Below the pieces are notes generated by a model. It was given only the letters and a program-made list of their open reading frames with translations. It ran no database searches and had not been told where the DNA came from. This document shows, piece by piece, positions 1 through 12,679 of a DNA stretch of 64,000 bases. The stretch covers positions 93,395 to 157,394 of the forward strand of contig MVRC01000012.1 of NCBI GenBank assembly GCA_002067865.1, in the 5' to 3' direction. Positions within the stretch are counted from its first letter, which is position 1, and each line of letters starts with the position of its first letter. A program made the position numbers and the translations under genes. Origin of the DNA: Methanomassiliicoccales archaeon PtaU1.Bin124 (GTDB lineage Archaea; Thermoplasmatota; Thermoplasmata; Methanomassiliicoccales; UBA472).

Positions 1-3000
1 CCGCCCGGCCTGGCTATGCCGGCTCGCTCCATGACCTTGCCCAGCACCATGAGCTCCTCGAAATAGCGCCCGACCTCGTAGCCGGTCGCCTCCAGCAATG
101 CCGCCCTGGCCCGGCGCAGGAACAGAGAGGTGCGTTCGAAGTCGAGCTTGCGCAATGCCCCGTCGGCATTGTCCAGCAGCCCCTTCAGACCGGCCCTTCT
201 GCCCTCATCCTCGATGAAGGCCATCTCCTCCTGCAGCGACCTCAGCTCCTTCTGCCTGGACTCGTGCATGTCGGTGATCGATGCCAGGTCCTCGTTGCAT
301 CTCGCCACCAGTGAACGTGACTCTGAGAAGGAGCCTTCCTGGAACCTCTCCCTGGCCCGGTACAGCAGCTGCTTTGCCAGGTCCGAGAACAGGCCGGCCT
401 CCTGCAGCGCCTTGGCCCGGCCCTCCAGGTCGTTCAGCTCCAGCTGCGCCTTCTCCCGTTCCTGCATCAGGCCCCTCATCTCCTCCTCCAGCGGGCCGAT
501 GAGGAACAGCGCCTCCTTGAACTGCCTCGATGTCACGAGGCCGAGGATCCTCTCCTTCTTGCTCGCCACGGAGGCCATGTCCGGTCCGCTCAGGCCGATC
601 AGCTGGCTTCTCTCCTCCGCCTCGGCCATGTGCTCCTTGATGTGCTTCTCCGCCGCGTCGGCCGCCATGCCGTAGGCCTTCTTGCCCAGCTCGGTGGCCA
701 GCGTGAAGTTGCCCTGCTTCTGGAACAGGGAGGCCTGGTTCAGCACCTCCTTGGCGGTGGCGACGTCCAGTCCCAGCTCGGAGACGTCGTTGATGCCGTC
801 CGCCGCCTCCTTCAGCTGGTCGGTGGCCCGCTGCTCCATGAAGGTGGACTGGTCCACCTCGGATTTGGCGAGCTCCACCGCCCGCCAAGAATCGTTATAA
901 CGGCCCTCGGCCAGCATGACCTCGGCCTTCTGCACCACGATCTCCGCGGTGGTCATGTCCATCTTGGCCACGCGGCTCCTCTCGATCGTTCCCTTGCAGG
1001 CGTTGATGTCCCTGCTCAGGCCCTCGGTGATGATGGCACTGAGCTGCTCCCTCGCCTCCTTGACGCTGCCCAGCGCGCGCAGGTAGTCCTGCACGGCCAG
1101 CAGGTCCTCGGCCTTGGCCAGCATGTCCTCCGCCCGGGTGGTCTCGAGCTTCATCCTGACCGCCAGGGACAACAGGTCGGTGGCCTCGGCCAGCCGCTTC
1201 GGGGCCACGAACGGCGCCGCCAATCGCTCGGCTTCCTGGTGGGCCATGCGGGCGGCCATCTTCGCCTCGTCGTAGCGGTCCTGCTCGAACAGCACCTGCG
1301 CCTTGTCCAGTTGAAGTTCGATCTTGGAGACGTCCAGGTTGCGCTGTGCCGCCTCGCCCAGCAATGTGCGGACGGAGGCGATGAGGTCGTACGTCTCTTG
1401 ATGGGTCTTGTTGATCTGGCTGAGCTGGTCCAGTGCCTGCTGCATGCTGGAGTAGGACTCTTCGATCTTGTTGGCGTTCAGTTTCCGCCAGGCCTCCTCC
1501 ATCAGCCGCTCCGGGCCTGAGACCCCGATGCCCTTCTTGCGGGAGATGCTGACCGCCTTGCCGGCGTTGTTCATCTGCCTGGTCAGCTCATCCTTGATGA
1601 TCGAGGCGCTGAACTGCAGCACCTCGTTGGTGACCTTGACCGCCTCGCCGAAGTTGCGCCCGGTCTTCAGCTCCAGCGCCTTGTGGTACTTCTCCTTGAG
1701 GGTGATGCTCTCGCAGTCCAGCTCCTTCATGACGGTCAGGAGCCTGCCCGCCTCGGCCAGGCGCACCTCGAGCAGCTGGATCTCTTCCCGCTTGAGGACA
1801 TCGGTGGCCTGCTTCGCCAGGTCGTAGGCGGAAGTGTAGTTCTTCATCTCCAGCGCTTCGATGGCCTTGCGCAGCGATGCTCTGGCCTCGGACAGGTCCA
1901 TCGGTCCGGAATAGGTGTCGACCGCGTTCCTGGTGTCCATCACGACCCTTTCCGCCCTCTCCTTCAGCCTCAGGTTCGCCAGATCGGAGAGCTGCCGCAG
2001 CTCCGTCTCGACGATGCCGAACTCGTTCCGCTTGATCTTGTTGACCAGCAGGTCCAGCGCCTCGGACTCGTCCGATACGTCCGCCTGCATGCGCAGGGCT
2101 GTGGCGAGGGTCATCTCGATGCGGATGACCTCCTTGCCATAATGCGCCTGCAAGGTCCCCTGCAGCGATCTGGTGGCGTCCTTCAACAAAGAAGTGGATG
2201 ATTGGAAATCGCGGGACCGGGCGGCCCGGCGGGCGTGCATGGCGGTCTTGGCCGATTCCGATGTGTTCAGGCCCAGCTCCTCCGCCCGGTGCAGCAAGTG
2301 AAGGTACTCCTCCAGCTGCCCCACCGTCTCCTCGTAGCCGTTTATGGACGATTCCACGGCCTTCTGCGAGGCGCCGATCTTGGCGAAGGCGGTCTCCAGG
2401 TCGCCCTCGGCCAGCGCCTTCTGGGCCGCGTCCATCTCATTCCCTACCGATGAGAGGTCGGCCCCGACGCTCTTGGCGATGCGCAGCTTGGTGTTCCATC
2501 CCGCCGCCTTGGCGATGAACGCCTGGGCCTCGGCCTTGCGCATATCGTCCAGGGTGGCGATCAGCATGCTGTTCGCCTCCCGGTGCTCCTCCTCCTTGAT
2601 CTTCTCCTTGATGGCGGCGGTGCGGTCGTTCATCGTGGTGATGTCGACGCCTGCGTCCTTCAGCTGTCCCAGCCGCTTCTTCACCACCGACATGTAAGCC
2701 GTAAGCCCCTTTCCCAGGGCCTTGCGGTTCTCCGCCTCGGCCACCTTCAGCTCGCGCAGGGCGGTGTCATCGTCGCCCGCGTCCTTGGCCCTGATGGCCT
2801 CCTCCAGCCTTTCGTTCGCCTTGCCGAAGTCGTAGCTGCCGTACACCGCCAGCGCCTGCATCTCCTGCAATGCGTCGGCCCTCTGGCGGAACATGTCGGC
2901 CATGAGAGCCGCGAGCGAATCGAGGCAGGCATCGATCTTTTCCAGCGATTCCTGGAAGCGGCCGTCGTCCAGGGAGCTTCTGGCCCTTTCCAGCTGGGCC

Positions 3001-3400
3001 TCCTCGGATTCCACCGTCAGCCCGTTCGCCTTCAGCGTGGCGAGCTTGGCCTGGGCGCTGCTGAACGTCTCCGCCACGGTGCGGTTGGCCAGCTGCTCGG
3101 TCTTGTCCCACGCGTCCCTGGCCGCGGCGGTCGCCTCCTCCAGGCTGCCGCCGTCCCGCAGCTGCTTGGCATGTTCCAGGGAGCTGGTGATGTTGGTGAT
3201 CTGAACGTTCCTCTTCTGCAGGATGTCCAAGGAGGCCTGGGTGGTGGCGAGCATCTCGTTCACCTTGGCCCTCTGCGCCCCCTGCGACGCATCCATGCTC
3301 TTCGTGGCCAGCGCAAGGGCGTTCTTGTAGTCCTTGTCCTTGAAGGCAGCCCCCGCCTCGGTGAAAAGTCTCTCCGCTTCGGTGGTATCGATGGCCGAGG
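1..3400 (-). repeat. About 18 tandem, strongly diverged ~62-residue (~186-nt) helical repeats inside the large CDS
   Basis: The recurring motif is G-x-(D/N)-(V/I/L)-x2-A-x2-L ... G-x-(Y/F/L)-x2-A. Its hydrophobic anchor falls at residues 69, 131, 193, ~255, ~317, 379, 443, 505, 566, 628, 690, 754, 817, 879, 943, 1005, 1069 and 1132, counted from the TTG start. Spacing is therefore 61-64 aa. Confidence 0.7.
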
Positions 3401-3533
3401 CCTTCGCCTTCGACAGGGCATCCTCTGCCTTCGCCATCTTCTCCTCCGCGGCCTTGCGGTTCTTGGTAGCTTCCTTGGCCTTCTGCTCGATCTGCTTGGA
3501 AAGCTGGAGCTGTTTTACGAAGTCGTCTGCCAA
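1..3533 (-). CDS. Very large alpha-helical tandem-repeat protein (at least 1177 aa; 3' end runs off the window start); function unknown
   Basis: Manual minus-strand translation gives an uninterrupted frame from TTG at 3533 down to position 3. A GGTGG SD-like motif lies at 3547-3543, 9 nt upstream; the first in-frame ATG is at 3437. The ORF is absent from the track because it has no stop inside the window. It begins LADDFVKQLQLSKQIEQKAKEATKNRKAAEEKMAKAEDAL... and is Ala/Glu/Leu/Lys-rich helical sequence. The overlapping listed ORFs (630..1520+, 2583..3566+, 2767..3546-) are Arg/Gly/Pro/His-rich shadow frames. Confidence 0.8.
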   Translation of the reverse strand, partial: MADDFVKQLQLSKQIEQKAKEATKNRKAAEEKMAKAEDALSKAKASAIDTTEAERLFTEAGAAFKDKDYKNALALATKSMDASQGAQRAKVNEMLATTQASLDILQKRNVQITNITSSLEHAKQLRDGGSLEEATAAARDAWDKTEQLANRTVAETFSSAQAKLATLKANGLTVESEEAQLERARSSLDDGRFQESLEKIDACLDSLAALMADMFRQRADALQEMQALAVYGSYDFGKANERLEEAIRAKDAGDDDTALRELKVAEAENRKALGKGLTAYMSVVKKRLGQLKDAGVDITTMNDRTAAIKEKIKEEEHREANSMLIATLDDMRKAEAQAFIAKAAGWNTKLRIAKSVGADLSSVGNEMDAAQKALAEGDLETAFAKIGASQKAVESSINGYEETVGQLEEYLHLLHRAEELGLNTSESAKTAMHARRAARSRDFQSSTSLLKDATRSLQGTLQAHYGKEVIRIEMTLATALRMQADVSDESEALDLLVNKIKRNEFGIVETELRQLSDLANLRLKERAERVVMDTRNAVDTYSGPMDLSEARASLRKAIEALEMKNYTSAYDLAKQATDVLKREEIQLLEVRLAEAGRLLTVMKELDCESITLKEKYHKALELKTGRNFGEAVKVTNEVLQFSASIIKDELTRQMNNAGKAVSISRKKGIGVSGPERLMEEAWRKLNANKIEESYSSMQQALDQLSQINKTHQETYDLIASVRTLLGEAAQRNLDVSKIELQLDKAQVLFEQDRYDEAKMAARMAHQEAERLAAPFVAPKRLAEATDLLSLAVRMKLETTRAEDMLAKAEDLLAVQDYLRALGSVKEAREQLSAIITEGLSRDINACKGTIERSRVAKMDMTTAEIVVQKAEVMLAEGRYNDSWRAVELAKSEVDQSTFMEQRATDQLKEAADGINDVSELGLDVATAKEVLNQASLFQKQGNFTLATELGKKAYGMAADAAEKHIKEHMAEAEERSQLIGLSGPDMASVASKKERILGLVTSRQFKEALFLIGPLEEEMRGLMQEREKAQLELNDLEGRAKALQEAGLFSDLAKQLLYRARERFQEGSFSESRSLVARCNEDLASITDMHESRQKELRSLQEEMAFIEDEGRRAGLKGLLDNADGALRKLDFERTSLFLRRARAALLEATGYEVGRYFEELMVLGKVMERAGIARPG

Positions 3534-3631
3534 ATCTGTTTACCACCGTGGCATCGTGCCGGGTAGGGGGACATGTACCGTGGCTCTGATGACCTTACTC
3601 TAATAAATCGTTTGCCAGTGTTTTCCACCGT

Positions 3632-4138
3632 TCATCTCTTTAGCGTTTCCACGAACGCGACCCTCTCGAGCACCAGGTCCGGGGCTAGATGCTCCGGCAT
3701 CGAAGCTATCTCCTCCTCGCTGACGCCCATCGCCTTGGCCTTCCCTATGGAAAATTCCAGGACGGAGTCGTCCCGCTTCAGGCCCAGCGATCCCAGATCC
3801 TCGTCCGTCAATGGCTTGACGAGGCAGACCAGCGCCAGGCGTTCGGTCCCTTTCTTCGGGCCCATCCTCTCCCTGGCCTTGGCCAGCTGCTTTTCGCCCG
3901 AGGCGTAGAGCATGATCTCCATGGCGAGCACGTCGCTGGAGTTGGTGCCGTAGCGGAAGGCGCGGTCGGCATGGTCCACCGCCGAGGCGATGTGCTCCCT
4001 GCCGCACACCATGTCCGCGTTCAAGCAGAGCACCTCCCCCTTTCCCCTGGCCCGGAGTGAATCCAGCAGGGCGGCCGGGTCATCGACCTGGCCAACGCAC
4101 CCGATGAGATGATGAACGGTCACGTTCTCGACCAACAC
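3632..4138 (-). CDS. cgi121: KEOPS complex subunit Cgi121
   Basis: 168-aa ORF. Segments LCLNADMVCGREHIASAVDHA, AMEIMLYASGEKQLAKA, DDSVLEF and LVLERVAFVETLKR match, from memory, the conserved blocks of archaeal Cgi121 (e.g. the M. jannaschii protein). Confidence 0.75.
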   Translation of the reverse strand: MLVENVTVHHLIGCVGQVDDPAALLDSLRARGKGEVLCLNADMVCGREHIASAVDHADRAFRYGTNSSDVLAMEIMLYASGEKQLAKARERMGPKKGTERLALVCLVKPLTDEDLGSLGLKRDDSVLEFSIGKAKAMGVSEEEIASMPEHLAPDLVLERVAFVETLKR

Positions 4139-4273
4139 CCTGTCCGTATATATCCATTGGCCCGGGGCAGGGGCCGTAGGTGTCGAAGGAACTCGAAGAA
4201 AGCTTTATTTCTGGGATGGCATTGTTGGCATGGTCCAGAATAGATCGAATAGGAAATTTGCTGGAGGTTCATC

Positions 4274-5215
4274 ATGTCATCCGACCGAGTGACGGTAAGG
4301 GCGCCGGCCACCGTGGCCAATCTGGGATCTGGTTTCGACGTTTTCGGGATCGCATTGCACGACCCGTTCGACCTCATCGAGGCGAAGCGGACCAGCGAGA
4401 GGGGCGTACGAGTGGAGAAGGTAGAGGGGATGGGCGCTCACGCTGTCACCCTGGAACACACCAAGAACACTGCAGCGGTGGCGGCGGCGAAGGTGCTCGA
4501 AATGGGCAAGGCCGATTTCGGTCTCACCCTGCACATCAAGAAGGGCATCAGGCCGTGCAGCGGAATGGGTTCGTCCGGGGCAGGGGCAGCAGGCGGAGCG
4601 TTCGCAGCCAATCTGTTCCTCGAGAAACCGCTTCCCATGGACCAACTTCTTTTTGCTGCCGCCAAGGGGGAGGAGGCGTCGTCCGGCTCCTTCCATGCGG
4701 ACAACTGCGGCCCCTCTCTCTATGGTGGCTTCACCATCATCCGTTCCTACGACCCGCTGGAGATCGTCCGGGTCAACCCGCCCAAGAACCTGGGCATCGT
4801 GGCGGCGCTGCCGGGCTTCGCCGTTCCCACCCGTGAGGCTAGGAAGGTGCTGCCCAAGCACGTCGACCTCAAGGACTTCATCTTCCAGATCGGCCAGGCC
4901 TCGTCCTTCGTGGCGGGCATGGCCAACAACGACATCGGCCTCGTGGCCAGGAGCGTCAAGGACCGGATCATCGAGCCGGCCAGAACCCCGCTCATCCCTC
5001 ACCTGCAGGAGGCGGAGGAGGCGGCCAAACGCGCCGGCGCAATGGCATCGTTCTTGGGTGGTTCGGGTCCGTGCATCTGCTCCTTCTACGACCTGGACAA
5101 GGTGGACGGGTCGGTGGTCGGCACCGCGGTACAGAACCTGTACGAGAACAGGGGCATCGAATGCCTGTGCTGGGTCACCACCTGGGGCGAGGGTTGCAGG
5201 AAGGAATCGAAATGA
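4274..5215 (+). CDS. thrB: Homoserine kinase (GHMP kinase)
   Basis: 313 aa with N-terminal NLGSGFDVFG and the GHMP motif [22 protein letters not shown] at 4262-4267. Its stop overlaps the thrC start (ATGA). Confidence 0.9.
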   Translation: MSSDRVTVRAPATVANLGSGFDVFGIALHDPFDLIEAKRTSERGVRVEKVEGMGAHAVTLEHTKNTAAVAAAKVLEMGKADFGLTLHIKKGIRPCSGMGSSGAGAAGGAFAANLFLEKPLPMDQLLFAAAKGEEASSGSFHADNCGPSLYGGFTIIRSYDPLEIVRVNPPKNLGIVAALPGFAVPTREARKVLPKHVDLKDFIFQIGQASSFVAGMANNDIGLVARSVKDRIIEPARTPLIPHLQEAEEAAKRAGAMASFLGGSGPCICSFYDLDKVDGSVVGTAVQNLYENRGIECLCWVTTWGEGCRKESK

Positions 5216-6426
5216 AGCACCTGGTCCGCTGCTTCGAGTGCGGACGGGAGGTCTCCGACCCCTTCGTCGACAGCTGCCCGCATTGCTCCGGGAAATTGAC
5301 GATCGAGCTGGACCTGAACGAGGTGAAGGAGCGCTCCCCGAAGGAGCTGCGTTCCCGCCCGTTCGGAGTGTGGCGTTACGCCCCGTTCCTGCCGGTCGAT
5401 GCGTCCAAGGCCGTAACACTAAAAGAAGGCGGCACGCCGCTCTACAAGTGCTCTTCCCTGGCTGAGAAATCGGCCATCAAGGAGGTGTTCGTGAAGTTCG
5501 AGGGCGCGAACCCTACCGGCAGCTTCAAGGACCGGGGCATGACCGTCGGGGTCTCCAGGGCCGTGGAGCTGGGCTGCAAGGTGGTCGGATGCGCTTCCAC
5601 CGGTAACACCTCCGCTTCGCTCGCCGCCTACGCCGCCAAGGCCAGATTGGACTCGGTCGTGCTGCTGCCCAGCGGCAAGGTGGCCATGGGCAAGCTGGCC
5701 CAGGCCATGTTCTATGGCGCCAAGGTGGTCATGGTCGATGGCAACTTCGATGACGCGCTCCGAGTCGTCCGGGAGATGGGCAACGCCGGCCAGCTGTACA
5801 TCCTCAATTCCATCAACCCCTACCGCCCGGAAGGGCAGAAGACCGTCGCCTTCGAGATCATGGACCAGCTGGAGTTCGAGGTGCCCGACCGCATCATCCT
5901 GCCGGTCGGCAACGCGGCGAACATCTGGGCCGTCTACAAGGCGTTCACGGAATGGAGGGAGCTGGGCTGGATCGACAAGATACCCAAGCTCACCGGCATC
6001 CAGGCCGCCGGTTCCGCGCCGATCGTGCGCGCGTTCCGCTCGGGCCAGGACGACTTCGTTCCCGAGGACCACCCTGAGACCATCGCCACCGCCATACGAA
6101 TCGGCAATCCCGCTTCGGGGCGTAAGGCGCTGCGGGCCATCAAGGACACCGACGGCACCGCCATCGACGTGACCGACGAGGAGATCCTCAAGGCGCAGCG
6201 CATGCTGGGCCGGATGGAGGGCATAGGCGTGGAGCCAGCGTCCGCGGCGAGCATCGCCGGGCTGGTGAAGCTGCGCCAGATGGGCGAGATCGACTGGGAC
6301 GAGAGGGTCGTATGCATCTGCACCGGGCACGTCCTGAAGGACCCGGACACCGTGATCAAGTCCTGTGAGGCGATCATCCAGGCGAAGGCGGACATGGAGT
6401 CGGTGCGGAAGGCCATCGGACGATGA
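5212..6426 (+). CDS. thrC: Threonine synthase
   Basis: N-terminal zinc ribbon (CFECG...CPHCSG) and the PLP-lysine motif NPTGSFKDRG. I place the start at ATG 5212 (MKHLVRCFECG), coupled to the thrB stop. The track ORF from 5071 carries a Gly/Arg-rich extension overlapping thrB. Confidence 0.9.
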   Translation: MKHLVRCFECGREVSDPFVDSCPHCSGKLTIELDLNEVKERSPKELRSRPFGVWRYAPFLPVDASKAVTLKEGGTPLYKCSSLAEKSAIKEVFVKFEGANPTGSFKDRGMTVGVSRAVELGCKVVGCASTGNTSASLAAYAAKARLDSVVLLPSGKVAMGKLAQAMFYGAKVVMVDGNFDDALRVVREMGNAGQLYILNSINPYRPEGQKTVAFEIMDQLEFEVPDRIILPVGNAANIWAVYKAFTEWRELGWIDKIPKLTGIQAAGSAPIVRAFRSGQDDFVPEDHPETIATAIRIGNPASGRKALRAIKDTDGTAIDVTDEEILKAQRMLGRMEGIGVEPASAASIAGLVKLRQMGEIDWDERVVCICTGHVLKDPDTVIKSCEAIIQAKADMESVRKAIGR

Positions 6427-6479
6427 ACCTGGGCAACGCTTATACGTTCGCTAGGGCATAATGCGTTCGGAGTTGGGGC

Positions 6480-7181
6480 ATGGACCAGAGGCGCCGCTAC
6501 AAGACCTACATTCATGGTTTTGATGAGAACATCTCCGGGGGCGTACCCCAGGGCAGCGTGGTGCTGGTGGCTGGTACCGCCGGTACGATGAAGTCGTCCA
6601 TGGCCTACTACATGCTGCACCACAACTCCTCCAAGGAGAGCGTGCGCGGCCTTTATGTTTCTCTGGAACAAGGCAGGTCCTCCCTTCTGCGGCAGATGAT
6701 CAACCTCGGCTTCACCGACGGTCAGGTGAACGTCGACGTGCTCGATCTGGGCATGCTCCGCCTGAAGACGGAGACGAACGACTGGATGGAGACGTTCCGC
6801 TATGCCATCGAGGAGGCGAAGAAGCGGGGCGGCTACGAGCTGCTGGTGATCGATTCGCTGGGGGCGCTCAACCTCATCGCCCGGTTCAAGGAGCCGAGGG
6901 AGGACGTGTTCCGCCTGTTCGAATGGCTGAAGTCGCTGGAGCTGACCACGTTCATCATCTCGGAGATGCCGGTGGGCGTCTATTCCTACTACGGCGGGGA
7001 GACGGTGGACTTCCTGGCCGATGGCATACTGCACCTGAAGATGGTGGAGGTGGGGGAGACGGACATCCAGCGCCGCCTGCGCTGCGTGAAGATGAGGGAG
7101 ACCGATCACTCGTCCTCCTACTACTCGTTCTACTTCAAGGAGAAGGGGTTCTTCGTCACCAGGGCGATATCGGACTTCTAA
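6480..7181 (+). CDS. KaiC-like / RecA-superfamily ATPase (single domain)
   Basis: 233 aa with a P-loop-like VAGTAGTMKSS, Walker B LLVIDSLG and a C-terminal KMRETDHS block typical of archaeal KaiC/RadA-like ATPases. Confidence 0.75.
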   Translation: MDQRRRYKTYIHGFDENISGGVPQGSVVLVAGTAGTMKSSMAYYMLHHNSSKESVRGLYVSLEQGRSSLLRQMINLGFTDGQVNVDVLDLGMLRLKTETNDWMETFRYAIEEAKKRGGYELLVIDSLGALNLIARFKEPREDVFRLFEWLKSLELTTFIISEMPVGVYSYYGGETVDFLADGILHLKMVEVGETDIQRRLRCVKMRETDHSSSYYSFYFKEKGFFVTRAISDF

Positions 7182-9367
7182 AAGTCGAACAACTTGGTCT
7201 GGCCGGACCGGGGCTGTTCCTTCGTTTCTTCCGTCGGGCCAGGCTGGGCCTCGTCCGCCGTAGCCTCGCCCACCTGTTTCTTGATGCTCTGCGCCAGCGT
7301 TTCCCCGATGCCGTGAATCGCGGCGAGCTGACGCATATCCGTTCTTCTCAGCGCCGCCCGGTCCACCAGTCCCTTGGCGAAGAGCGCCCTGGCACGGACC
7401 CGGCCCACTCCCTTCAGTTTGACCAGGTCGAGCAGCTGCTGCCTCACGCCATGCTCCATGCGCAGCATCAGTTCCGTCAGGGCGGGATAGGTGTCAGAGT
7501 TGAACATGTTGGACATCTCCCTCATGGAATAGATGAGCCATTTCGCCAGCTCGACCTTGCTGCGCAGATCGCCTGGACCGATGCCCATGACCTCCAGTAT
7601 CTTCTCCTCGTCGGTCTCGTTGATCCATTCGTCCAGCGTGACCGCCGTCTTGAACTCGGAGCGGAAGTACTCGTACTCCTCGTCCATCTCGGGGATGTCG
7701 CACAGCAGGTCCTTCGCCCTCTTCTCGATGAGGTCGTCCAGCCACTGCGAGTCGTTCCGCCTGGTGTACATGTTCAGCATGTCCGGGGTGGAGCAGATGG
7801 CATGGAGGAAGCCGAAATGTCCCATGCCTGGACGGTAGCGGCGCAGCGATTCCCTCATGCGCACGGCCGTGACCGGGTCGATGTACATGTCGCTGACCCT
7901 CTTACCGAAGAACGTGGCCTCGTACCGTCCGTTCAATTCGCGCAGCATCTCCTCCTTCATGAGGAACTCGATGATGCGCTGCGCCACCTCCTCGATGCCC
8001 TGCACCCTCGTCTGGTGCGCGAAGAAGGTGGAGGCGAGGAACTGCATCAGGCCGTCCCAGGTGGAGACCGTTTCGGTGGCGATGGTGGAGAGGATATGAC
8101 TTCTGAGGACCGCCTCGTTCCCCAGCTTGGAATAGATGTCCTCCGACTCGGCCAGGAGGTAGTTCTCGAACAGGAACGAGGCGTCGTCCTCGTTCCGGGC
8201 GACGACGATGGCCTCCCCCTCCTTGTCGTAACGAGGCCTTCCCGCCCGGCCGCACATCTGCTTGATCTCCATGACCGGGATCGGCACGTACCCGCCCTCC
8301 TCGTAGCGCTGCACCTCCCGGATGATGACCCTCCTTGCCGGCAGGTTGATGCCCGCCGCCAATGTCGGCGTGGCCACGATGGCCTTCACTCTGCCCTTCT
8401 TGAAGTTCTGCTCCACGAAGCGGCGCTGCTCGTTCGTCAGGCCGGCATGGTGGAACGCCACCCCCTTCTTCAGGCAGGCGCGGAGCGACTTGGCCATGCT
8501 GCCGTTCTCGTCGGCATCCATGGCCTTCAGCTCGGCGTCATCGGGTGCCGAGGCGGCACGGTCCTTCATGAACTTGGTGAACTTGACGGCCAACGTCTCG
8601 GTCGATTTTCTGGTGTTCACGAAGACCAGGCACTGTCCTCCGGTGTCGATCGAATCCTTCACCAGGCTCCAGACCGGGTCCTCGTCGAAGGGAATGGTCT
8701 TCTTGCTGTTGTCAGTGAAGCGGACCAGGTTGTCCAGGTAAACGCCCTCCTTCAGCTTCACCGGGCGCCAGGTGTTGTTGATGTGCTCGGCGTCCAGCCA
8801 ATCCGCCAGCTCTCGGGAGTTGCGCACCGTTGCGCTCAAAGCAATGATCTGGATGTTGGGATTGTACTTGCGGAACTTGGCCAAGGTGACCTCTAACGTC
8901 GGGCCGCGGTCCGGGTCGTTGATGAGATGCACCTCGTCCGCCACGACCAGGTTGATGCTGCCCAGCCATGAGGTCTTGTGCCGCAGGAGGGAGTCCGCCT
9001 TTTCTGAGGTCGCGACGATCACGTCCGCCTTCTCCAGCTGCGGGTCGGGCTGGTCGAAGTCGCCCACCGACATGGCCGTGCGGATGCCCAATGGCTCGAA
9101 CTTCTTCAGGTCCTCGAACTTCTCCGAGGCCAGGGCGCGCAGCGGCACGATGTATAGCGCCTTCCCGCCCTTCTGCAGCACCTGGCGGGCCACTGCCAGG
9201 TACCCGATGAGTGATTTTCCTGAGGCGGTCGGCACGGCAAGGACCAGATTCTTGCCGGAAAGCGCGATCGGAGCGGCTGTTGCCTGGGGAGGATAAAGAT
9301 CCTCTATCCCGTCCTGCCTGAGGACCTCAGCCACTCCCTCTGGAACGTCTAGCTCGCTCACTTTCAT
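7178..9367 (-). CDS. hel308: Ski2-type DNA helicase Hel308
   Basis: 729 aa with Walker A AVPTASGKSL, the DEVH box (VVADEVHLIN), helicase C motifs (ATPTLAAGINLPARRV) and a C-terminal HhH-like region. Confidence 0.9.
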   Translation of the reverse strand: MKVSELDVPEGVAEVLRQDGIEDLYPPQATAAPIALSGKNLVLAVPTASGKSLIGYLAVARQVLQKGGKALYIVPLRALASEKFEDLKKFEPLGIRTAMSVGDFDQPDPQLEKADVIVATSEKADSLLRHKTSWLGSINLVVADEVHLINDPDRGPTLEVTLAKFRKYNPNIQIIALSATVRNSRELADWLDAEHINNTWRPVKLKEGVYLDNLVRFTDNSKKTIPFDEDPVWSLVKDSIDTGGQCLVFVNTRKSTETLAVKFTKFMKDRAASAPDDAELKAMDADENGSMAKSLRACLKKGVAFHHAGLTNEQRRFVEQNFKKGRVKAIVATPTLAAGINLPARRVIIREVQRYEEGGYVPIPVMEIKQMCGRAGRPRYDKEGEAIVVARNEDDASFLFENYLLAESEDIYSKLGNEAVLRSHILSTIATETVSTWDGLMQFLASTFFAHQTRVQGIEEVAQRIIEFLMKEEMLRELNGRYEATFFGKRVSDMYIDPVTAVRMRESLRRYRPGMGHFGFLHAICSTPDMLNMYTRRNDSQWLDDLIEKRAKDLLCDIPEMDEEYEYFRSEFKTAVTLDEWINETDEEKILEVMGIGPGDLRSKVELAKWLIYSMREMSNMFNSDTYPALTELMLRMEHGVRQQLLDLVKLKGVGRVRARALFAKGLVDRAALRRTDMRQLAAIHGIGETLAQSIKKQVGEATADEAQPGPTEETKEQPRSGQTKLFDF

Positions 9368-9559
9368 TTTCGCATCGGCATGATTCCCAGCGCTAATTAT
9401 CTTACGCTGCCGAAGGCCGGAAAAATGTCGTTCCCGGATACCTTTCCGCCATTCCTGCCGGAATATGCTGGCTAGTATACATTACGTTATTTCGTGAGCA
9501 TATCTTTAATTACCGGACGCTGTATCGTCGACATAGTCAGCCTAAAGTAGGAATGAACC

Positions 9560-12613
<3,054 letters not shown>

Positions 12614-12679
12614 GCCGAGGCTGCATTAAAAAGTTCTATATGGATAAAAATCCATCTTGCGGAACGTCGGGGTTATGGG

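Noticed and set aside
130-3566. All track ORFs between 130 and 3566 (e.g. 205..888 -, 630..1520 +, 2583..3566 +, 2767..3546 -)
   Set aside because: They are superseded by the single uninterrupted minus-strand frame 3533..1, which the track omits because it has no stop in the window. The listed ORFs are off-frame or antisense products with Ser/Arg/Gly/Pro-rich sequence.
6923-8896. 657-aa ORF on the plus strand
   Set aside because: It is antisense to the well-supported Hel308 gene. Its translation is Arg/Gly/His/Leu/Pro-rich low-complexity sequence with no motif, a typical shadow ORF of a GC-rich gene.
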